From: Gemmatimonadaceae bacterium
GTDB lineage: Bacteria; Gemmatimonadota; Gemmatimonadetes; Gemmatimonadales; Gemmatimonadaceae
Length of the DNA: 54,931 nt
Reading direction: 5' to 3'
Assembly (NCBI GenBank): GCA_033763905.1
Contig: JANRJP010000039.1
Span: 1-54,931, forward strand
The notes under the pieces are model-generated. The model was given only the letters and a program-made list of their open reading frames with translations. It was not told the origin of the DNA and did no database searches. Position numbers and translations under genes: made by a program. Below are positions 48,419-54,931 of the stretch, piece by piece (the stretch's first letter is position 1; each line of letters begins with the position of its first letter).

Positions 48419-50370
48419 CGACGCTCCATTCGCCAGCCGCCGATCGACAGCGGCGTGGCGTGCCAGCCATCGGCGATGAACAGCGTCGCGTCCGAGAGCA
48501 CACGGGTCGCGGGACCGGCAACCGGCGTCACAGCGTCGGCCGTTTCGTCGGCCGCCGTATCTTCCGCCGCCCGGGCGCGCGGCGCGGCGAGCACCACCTG
48601 GCGTCCGACGCCGGTCGCCGTGCAGCGAATGCCCACCGTCTCGACGGCGGCGTCGAGCGCGAAACCGTACTGCGCCTGATGTTGCGCGTGAAACCGCGAG
48701 GCAATCGTCGACCCGTCATCGCCACGGTGCGCCGGCACTTCGAGCGCGTGTCCTTGGCCGCGATATCGCGCGCGACACCACCACTGTCGCGCGAGCGTGG
48801 CGTCTGCGGCCGTGGCCGCGGACGCGGCTTCCAGGGCCGAGGTGAGCTCCGCGGCGCTGAGCGACGCGGCATCGCGCAGCAGGCTGGCGAGCCCGTCCCG
48901 CCGCTCGGGGGCCAGCGCCAAGCCCAAGGCGCTCAGCACGCCCGCGTGCGGCGGCACGATCACGTCCCGCATCCCCAGCCGCTCCGCCAGCCCACACGCG
49001 TGCAGCGGCCCGCCGCCGCCGAACGCCAGCAGCACGGCGTGGCGGGGGTCGATGCCCCGCTCCACCGACACCCGGCGCAGCGCACGCGCCATTGCGGCGT
49101 CGGCCGTGGTGATCATCGCCATCGCGACGGCGTCCACGCTGGCCCCCAGCGTCGTCGCCAATCGGCCCACGGCGTCGCGCGCCGCGTCGACGTCGAGCGA
49201 CACACCGCCCGACATTGGCGTGGCGGACACGCGCCCCAACACCAGCTGAGCGTCGGTCACGGTGGGCTCGGTCCCCCCGCGGCCAAAGCACGCCGGGCCG
49301 GGCACGGCGCCGGCGCTCCGCGGGCCCACGCGGAGCGCGCCGCTCGCATCGACCCAACCGACGGATCCACCACCGGCCGATACGGTCTCGACCAATACGC
49401 GGGGCAACGCCAGCGGCACACCGGCGACGTCGCCACCGGCTTCGATCAGCGGCTCGTAGTCGCGAATCACACCGGCGTCGGCGCTGGTGCCGCCGATGTC
49501 CACCGTCAGGGCGAGCGGCACGCGCAGTGCGCGGCAGATCGCCGCCGCCCCGACGACACCGCCGGCCGGCCCCGACAGCGCCAGCGACGACGCGCGGTGC
49601 GCGGCATCGTGCGCGGGCAACATCCCGCCGCTGGACGTGACGACCATCGGGGCCGGGTACCCTGCCGCCGTCACCCGCTCCGCCAGCGACGCGAGGTATG
49701 CCGCCACCCGCGGTCGTGCGTAGGCCTCGGCCACCGTGGTGGCCGTCCGCTCGTACTCGCGAATCTCGGGCAGCACCTCGTGCGCGCAGACGATCGGGGG
49801 TCTCGAGTCGGTGCGGCCACGTCGCTGCCACTCGGCGGCAATCGCCTCACGCAGGCGGCGCTCGTGCGCGGGTGACTCGTGCGACTCCAGCAAGCTGATC
49901 GCGACGATCTCACCGGCGCCGGCATCGAGGCGATCCGCCACGACGGTCGCCACGGCGCCGGCGTCGGCAGCCGTCAGTTCGCGCACCACGATGCCGGCGG
50001 ACTGGCGCTCGGGCACGGCCAGCACGTCGCCCGCATCGACCAGCGGCTCGGGATGATCGCGCGACAGATCGTACAGCGAGGCCCGCTCCTGGCGACGCAA
50101 GCGGAGCAGGTCCGTCGCGCCCTCGGTCGCCAGCACCAGCACCCGCGCCCCTGAGCGCTCGAGCAGCAGATTCGTCACGACGGTGGTGCCGTGGGCGAGT
50201 CGCACGACGGTGCTCGACGACGCGCCGAGGGCGGCCAAAGCCGCCACGACACCGTCGGCCTGATTGCCCGGCGTGGTCGGCACCTTCGCGGTCTGCACCG
50301 TGCCATCGTCGGCAATGGCCGCGAGGTCGGTGAAAGTCCCGCCGACGTCGATGCCGATGGCGAGCGTCAT
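48415..50370 (-). CDS. Hydantoinase A / oxoprolinase family protein
   Basis: GIDVGGTFTD, HGTTVVTN, EYERTATT, SGPAGG, DIGGTSAD, AGGGS, PTVTDA, FGGGG. Confidence 0.92.
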   Translation of the reverse strand: MTLAIGIDVGGTFTDLAAIADDGTVQTAKVPTTPGNQADGVVAALAALGASSSTVVRLAHGTTVVTNLLLERSGARVLVLATEGATDLLRLRRQERASLYDLSRDHPEPLVDAGDVLAVPERQSAGIVVRELTAADAGAVATVVADRLDAGAGEIVAISLLESHESPAHERRLREAIAAEWQRRGRTDSRPPIVCAHEVLPEIREYERTATTVAEAYARPRVAAYLASLAERVTAAGYPAPMVVTSSGGMLPAHDAAHRASSLALSGPAGGVVGAAAICRALRVPLALTVDIGGTSADAGVIRDYEPLIEAGGDVAGVPLALPRVLVETVSAGGGSVGWVDASGALRVGPRSAGAVPGPACFGRGGTEPTVTDAQLVLGRVSATPMSGGVSLDVDAARDAVGRLATTLGASVDAVAMAMITTADAAMARALRRVSVERGIDPRHAVLLAFGGGGPLHACGLAERLGMRDVIVPPHAGVLSALGLALAPERRDGLASLLRDAASLSAAELTSALEAASAATAADATLARQWWCRARYRGQGHALEVPAHRGDDGSTIASRFHAQHQAQYGFALDAAVETVGIRCTATGVGRQVVLAAPRARAAEDTAADETADAVTPVAGPATRVLSDATLFIADGWHATPLSIGGWRMERR

Positions 50371-51668
50371 CCCGCGCGGCTCGCGCCGCCGCTCAGCCGG
50401 CGCACGGCCAGCACGGTGGCAACGTGCAGGGGCAGCGCCACCGCAGCGGTCGCGGCAATCGGCTGGTGCATCGCCAACGCCACCACCACGCCGACCGCCG
50501 CGCTGGCGACGACCCCCATTGCGACGCCGCGCGCCACGACGCCCACGGCAGGCCGCCGGAGGGCCAACGGCAGCACCACCACCAACACCAGCGCCAGCGG
50601 CGAAAACAGCAACAGATTGGCGTTCGCGCCCCAGAAGACGTGCCGCGTCACCGTGGCCGCCAGCAGCAGCACCACGCCCACCACGCCAGCCACGAGGCTC
50701 CAGAGGACGGCAAGGCCGGTCGTCGCCAGCCGCGCGCTCGTCGCGGTGCTGCGGCTCAGGGCAAGCAACAGCGCGGCACCCACGAGGCCTGCGAGCGCAA
50801 GCAACGGCGCGTAGGCGGTGGGCGCCGCGGACTCCGCCGGTCGCGTGGCGGTGAAGAGCGCCTCCTCGCGACGCACGAGCGGCTGTGTGCCACCGGCGCC
50901 ATCGGGCATTCGCACGGCGCGCACACCGTCACGCAGCGTCATCGGCACGAATGAGGCCTCCCAGTCCGACAGCGGGCGGTCGGCGCGCGCGCCCAGCGCC
51001 ACATCCACACCGATCGCCGCGGCGGGCATCGTCGAGAGCAGGCGCATCGTCTCGCGGCGGTAGGTCGTGCCGGCGGCGCGGTTCCGCAGGGTGCGCTCGA
51101 GCGCGCCCCCCGTGGCGCGATTGATCGCATCGCGCACCCGCGTCGAGCAGTTGTCGAGGAAGTAGTCGTACCGGTAGTACTTGGCGTCGTCGCGCGCGTT
51201 GGCGCTGATCGCCGCGAGGAGCGGGCCCACCGCCGAATCGGGGATCGCCAGCTCCTGCAACACCAGCGACCGGTTGAGCCAGCGGTAGCGATCCAAGGTC
51301 GCCGCGAAGTCGTCCGGCGCCATCCAGTAGCGCGTGTCGCCGGTGAGAAAGCGGGACAGGAAATCCGGCGCGGCGAAGTCGAAGACGCCCCAATTCCACG
51401 CGACGCCCTGCCCCGTCTGTCGGTCCCGCACCACCAGCGCGTTGTGTCCGAACTTCTCCCACAAGGCGTCGCCCTGCCCCATCGTGAGCAGGTAGATCGC
51501 GTAGCGCGACGCGGGCGTGGCCGCCGCCCCCGGCGCCGCCACGGTCGGCTGCGCGCCGGCGCGCGACGACCCGGCGAGCCCGATCGCCGACGCCATCGCG
51601 AGCCCAAGCGCCAGCCACCGACGGCGCCAGCGCCGGGAGCGCGCCGCTCCGAACGACGCGCGAGTCAC
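50367..51668 (-). CDS. DUF4105 (Lnb-like) membrane protein
   Basis: GTG 51668; signal peptide; FGHNAL, WNWGVFDF, YRYDYFLDNCSTRVRD, FVPMTL; C-terminal TM helices. Confidence 0.82.
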   Translation of the reverse strand: MTRASFGAARSRRWRRRWLALGLAMASAIGLAGSSRAGAQPTVAAPGAAATPASRYAIYLLTMGQGDALWEKFGHNALVVRDRQTGQGVAWNWGVFDFAAPDFLSRFLTGDTRYWMAPDDFAATLDRYRWLNRSLVLQELAIPDSAVGPLLAAISANARDDAKYYRYDYFLDNCSTRVRDAINRATGGALERTLRNRAAGTTYRRETMRLLSTMPAAAIGVDVALGARADRPLSDWEASFVPMTLRDGVRAVRMPDGAGGTQPLVRREEALFTATRPAESAAPTAYAPLLALAGLVGAALLLALSRSTATSARLATTGLAVLWSLVAGVVGVVLLLAATVTRHVFWGANANLLLFSPLALVLVVVLPLALRRPAVGVVARGVAMGVVASAAVGVVVALAMHQPIAATAAVALPLHVATVLAVRRLSGGASRAG

Positions 51669-52678
51669 GTGTCCTTCAGCGTGCGTTCCTTCCCGTCTTC
51701 CGCGGACTCGTAGATCGCCTGCAGCACCTGCGCCACCTTGAGCTGGTCGTCGGGCGCCTTGTACGGCGTCTCGCCCGACAGCACCGCGTGGACGTGCGCG
51801 TGCTGCGCGCGGTACGACTGCAGGAACGCGCTTTCGCGCGTGGCGCCGCCAGTCGGCGACACATCCACCGCGCGGCCGTTGAGTTCCTTCACGACTCGCA
51901 GCGGGTTGAGCCGCGCGCTGCCGTGCTCGGCCAAGGTCTCGAACCACCAGCGCTCGTCGGTGCCGACGTACGACCAGGTGACGTCGAACGTGAACGAGGT
52001 GCCATCGGCCGCGCCGAGCACGACCAGCATCGCGTTTTCGACCGCCTTGGCGCCACGCGGCCGATCCATATGCGCGTGGACCCGCGTGATCGCGGGGAAG
52101 CCGCTCATCCACATCGCCAGATCGAGCAGCGCCCATCCGTGCTCGAGGAAGGCGCCGCCGCCGGCTTCGGGACGATTCGCCCGCCAACCCGCCATCGCGC
52201 CGCGCGGGTGATACGCGCCGGAGCGGATGCCCCACAGGCGCCCCATCTCGCCGCTCTTGAGGAACGACGACAGCAATTGCACGTCGGTGCGGAAGCGATG
52301 GTTGTTCCCGACGAACACCTTGGCCCCGGACTTCTTCGACGCCGCGAGAATCTTCTCGACGCCCTTCGGCGTGAGGGCCAAGGGTCGCTCGCAGAACACG
52401 TTGGTCTTGGCCGCCAGCAACCGCAGCACGTGCGCTTCGTGCAAGTGATTGGGCGTCGTCACCACCACGAGGTCAGGCGCCGACGAGTCGAGCAGCTCGT
52501 CGATGTCCTCGTGCGCGTCGGCAACGCCGAATCGCTGCGCGAGCGCCCGCGCCTTGGGGAAGTCGTTGTCGCAGATCGCCGTCAGCTGGACTCCGCGCAT
52601 CTTGGCGAGCACGGGAAGGTGGGCGAGCTGCGCGATGGCGCCAGCACCGAGAATGCCGATTCGAATCGGGTCGCTCAT
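51665..52678 (-). CDS. Gfo/Idh/MocA family oxidoreductase
   Basis: IGILGAGAIA, TTPNHLH, CERPLA, AGGGA; start ATG 52678. Confidence 0.9.
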   Translation of the reverse strand: MSDPIRIGILGAGAIAQLAHLPVLAKMRGVQLTAICDNDFPKARALAQRFGVADAHEDIDELLDSSAPDLVVVTTPNHLHEAHVLRLLAAKTNVFCERPLALTPKGVEKILAASKKSGAKVFVGNNHRFRTDVQLLSSFLKSGEMGRLWGIRSGAYHPRGAMAGWRANRPEAGGGAFLEHGWALLDLAMWMSGFPAITRVHAHMDRPRGAKAVENAMLVVLGAADGTSFTFDVTWSYVGTDERWWFETLAEHGSARLNPLRVVKELNGRAVDVSPTGGATRESAFLQSYRAQHAHVHAVLSGETPYKAPDDQLKVAQVLQAIYESAEDGKERTLKDT

Positions 52679-52694
52679 AACGGGTCCGGAGTGC

Positions 52695-54089
52695 TCAGGG
52701 GCCACGCGCCGCCGGTGCGGCGCCGATGGTCGTCCCGGGAAAGTACGTGCGGAGAATGGTCCGGGCATCCTGCCCAGCGCGCGCGCGGCCGATCGCCCCC
52801 CACTGGCACATCCCGACCCCGTGGCCGTGCCCGTGCCCATTCAACTCGATGCCGCCCGATCCGTCGGGTCCCGCCACATCGAAGCTGGTGCTGTTGAGCA
52901 GCTCCCCGTTGGCCGACCGCAGCACGAACCTGACATCGTTGGCCCGCACGGTGTACGTGCCGCGATCCGTCGTGAATGCCACCGAGGCCACCCGTCCCGT
53001 CGGCGTGCGCCCGGCGATGCGCACTCCGTGCACCCGCCCGAGACCGCCAGTCGGCGCGCCGCCGTACTGCGCCAACCACCGCGTCGCGAGGGTCTGCAAC
53101 TGGTCCGCCGTGTACCGCGCCGTCCACCGGAACCGGGGCGAGCGCTCGCAATACGGCCGCCCCGTCGCCGGATCGGTGTCATCGACCGACACCAGCCACG
53201 GCTCCCCGCGCGTCCGCCAGAGCTCCGGTGCGGTGGCGGTTCGCCCGCCGCAGGCCGCGTGAAACGTCGCGTTGATGACTTTGCCGTCGTAGAGCAGCAC
53301 GAGTCCCGCGGTCGCGGCCACCGCATCGTCAGCCACCGGCGTTTCGGCGTCGACTCCGCCATAGGCCTGATTGAGCACCGTGCCGACCACGTCCCACGGG
53401 CGGCCCGATGTCTCGCGCAGCCGCACGACGGTGTAGCTGCGGGCCGCGATCGCCTGGGCTTCGACCGCCGCTGCTTCGGCGGCGGTTCGTGGGCCGATCT
53501 CCCGCGGCACCACCCCACGCAGGTAGGCCTCGAGCCCGAGCATGTTGACGACGGCCAGCCCGCTGTCGGTCGGCACGAGCCGGAGGCGACCACGATATCG
53601 GCGACCGTCGACGCGCAGCGGCGCCGCGCCGCCGGCCACCGCCTCGATCGTTCCGGTCCGCCACGCGCTGGCGGCACCACCGTCGCCCACCAGGCGCAGC
53701 GCCCCGGGGCGCGACTCGATCGTCCACACGCGACCCTCCCCGCCCGCCACATACCGGCCATCGGCATCGACGAAGCGCACTGCACCTTCCGCACCGACCT
53801 GCACGCGGTTGGCCGCTGTTCGCAGGGCGACGCGTACCCGCGGCGGGGCGTCGTCCGCGACTGCGCTACGCTCGACGCGCGGCCGCGGCGATGGCACCCG
53901 TTCATCCTCGCGCAGCGAATCGGCGGCGGGCCGGGGCGGAACGGCAGCCACCTCCCCGGGCGGAATCACCAACGGCGGGAGCGCCGCCTCCGGCTCGGGC
54001 GGACTCGGCGCCGGCACCAGCGCGCCGCAGGCCGCGACGATCGCGAGGGCGGCTGCGCCGACCGTGCGACCGGCGCGCCCCCGCATCAC
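52695..54089 (-). CDS. SpoIID/LytB domain protein
   Basis: YRGRL, LEAYLRGVVPREI, AQAIAARSY, QAYGG, CGGRT, GHGHGVGMCQWGA, ILRTYFPG. Confidence 0.92.
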   Translation of the reverse strand: MMRGRAGRTVGAAALAIVAACGALVPAPSPPEPEAALPPLVIPPGEVAAVPPRPAADSLREDERVPSPRPRVERSAVADDAPPRVRVALRTAANRVQVGAEGAVRFVDADGRYVAGGEGRVWTIESRPGALRLVGDGGAASAWRTGTIEAVAGGAAPLRVDGRRYRGRLRLVPTDSGLAVVNMLGLEAYLRGVVPREIGPRTAAEAAAVEAQAIAARSYTVVRLRETSGRPWDVVGTVLNQAYGGVDAETPVADDAVAATAGLVLLYDGKVINATFHAACGGRTATAPELWRTRGEPWLVSVDDTDPATGRPYCERSPRFRWTARYTADQLQTLATRWLAQYGGAPTGGLGRVHGVRIAGRTPTGRVASVAFTTDRGTYTVRANDVRFVLRSANGELLNSTSFDVAGPDGSGGIELNGHGHGHGVGMCQWGAIGRARAGQDARTILRTYFPGTTIGAAPAARGP

Positions 54090-54931
54090 GCGCACGCGAC
54101 CGCGAAGGCCTCGTCGAGGCGATGCAACGCGTCGTCGATCACCGCCGCGTCGTGCGCCGCGCTCGTGAAGCCCGCTTCGAACGCCGACGGCGCGAGGTAG
54201 ACGCCACGCTCGCGCGCCGCGTGGAAGAGCCGCTTGAAGCGCTCGACGTCACTCTGCTTCGCGTCGTCGAACGTGCGGACCGGCCCCGGGTGCAGAAAGA
54301 AGCCCCACATCGAGCCCGCGTGATCGGCAATCAGCGGTAACCCGCGGCGATTCGCGATCTCGCGCAGACCGGCCACCAAGCGACCCGTCTGCACCGTGAT
54401 CGCGTCGTGTACCGGCTTCGTGAGCGCGGCGAGCGTCGCGAGACCGCCGGCCATCGCCAACGGATTCCCCGAGAGCGTGCCGGCCTGATAGACCTTGCCC
54501 GCCGGTGCCACGTGCGACATCACGTCGCGTGAGCCGCCGTAGGCCGCGACCGGCAACCCACCACCGATCACCTTGCCCAAGCAGGTGAGGTCCGGACGCA
54601 CGCCGCCGCTGTACTCCACCGCTCCGCCATACGCGATGCGGAAGCCGGTCATCACTTCGTCGAAGAGCAGCAAGGCCCCGGTGGCGTCGCAGATCTCGCG
54701 GAGGCCGGCAAGGAAGCCGGGCGCCGGCGGAATGAATCCCGAGTTCCCGATGATCGGCTCCACGCAGATCGCCGCCAGCGGCGTCGCCGACGCCAGCGCG
54801 CGCACGCCGTCCAAATCATTGAACGGCAGCGTCAACGTCTTTTCGGCCAGCGCCGCCGGGACACCCGGGGAGTTCGGCAAGCCGAGCGTCGCCACGCCGG
54901 AGCCGGCTTTCACGAGGAAGCTGTCGGCGTG
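54086..54931 (-). CDS. hemL: Glutamate-1-semialdehyde 2,1-aminomutase; 5' end truncated by window edge
   Basis: HADSFLVKAGSG, FDEVMTGFR, GKVIGGGLP, YQAGTLSGNPL, APSAFEAGF. Confidence 0.97.
   Translation of the reverse strand, partial: HADSFLVKAGSGVATLGLPNSPGVPAALAEKTLTLPFNDLDGVRALASATPLAAICVEPIIGNSGFIPPAPGFLAGLREICDATGALLLFDEVMTGFRIAYGGAVEYSGGVRPDLTCLGKVIGGGLPVAAYGGSRDVMSHVAPAGKVYQAGTLSGNPLAMAGGLATLAALTKPVHDAITVQTGRLVAGLREIANRRGLPLIADHAGSMWGFFLHPGPVRTFDDAKQSDVERFKRLFHAARERGVYLAPSAFEAGFTSAAHDAAVIDDALHRLDEAFAVACA

Overview
High-GC (roughly 70%) bacterial chromosomal segment, densely coding with many overlapping NTGA stop/start junctions. Gene content and order suggest Gemmatimonadota (my inference; no search was run). 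Most of the window is core genome: translation (rsmI, tRNA-Gln, prs-rplY-pth-ychF, rpsF-rpsR-DUF2232-rplI, rsfS, rpmE-prfA-prmC), cofactor and intermediary metabolism (pdxJ, ispE, aroF, tmk, hemL, mce, trxA, hydantoinase A/B), envelope (Omp85-family protein, LolA, two SPOR-like proteins, SpoIID, S41 protease, DUF4105) and smc. I see no transposase, integrase, prophage or CRISPR array. The most unusual element is an insertion between pth and ychF (about 18690-19500). It holds two tandem, about 94% identical 185-bp units, each folding into one long rod-like hairpin with G-U pairs on the + strand only and non-Watson-Crick positions every 7 nt. The second unit overlaps the 3' end of an antisense four-helix-bundle (23S rRNA IVP/Avd-like) gene. 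Other points of interest: a Crp gene followed by a near-consensus CRP box upstream of an MBL-hydrolase/CsgG-like/GAF-HD-GYP operon; prfA with no canonical start codon at its expected N-terminus (CTG or ATT); a JAB/RadC-like-DinG fusion; a His-less tandem Hpt-like protein; and a Walker-A-less MinD/ParA-like-TM-SPOR protein abutting smc.
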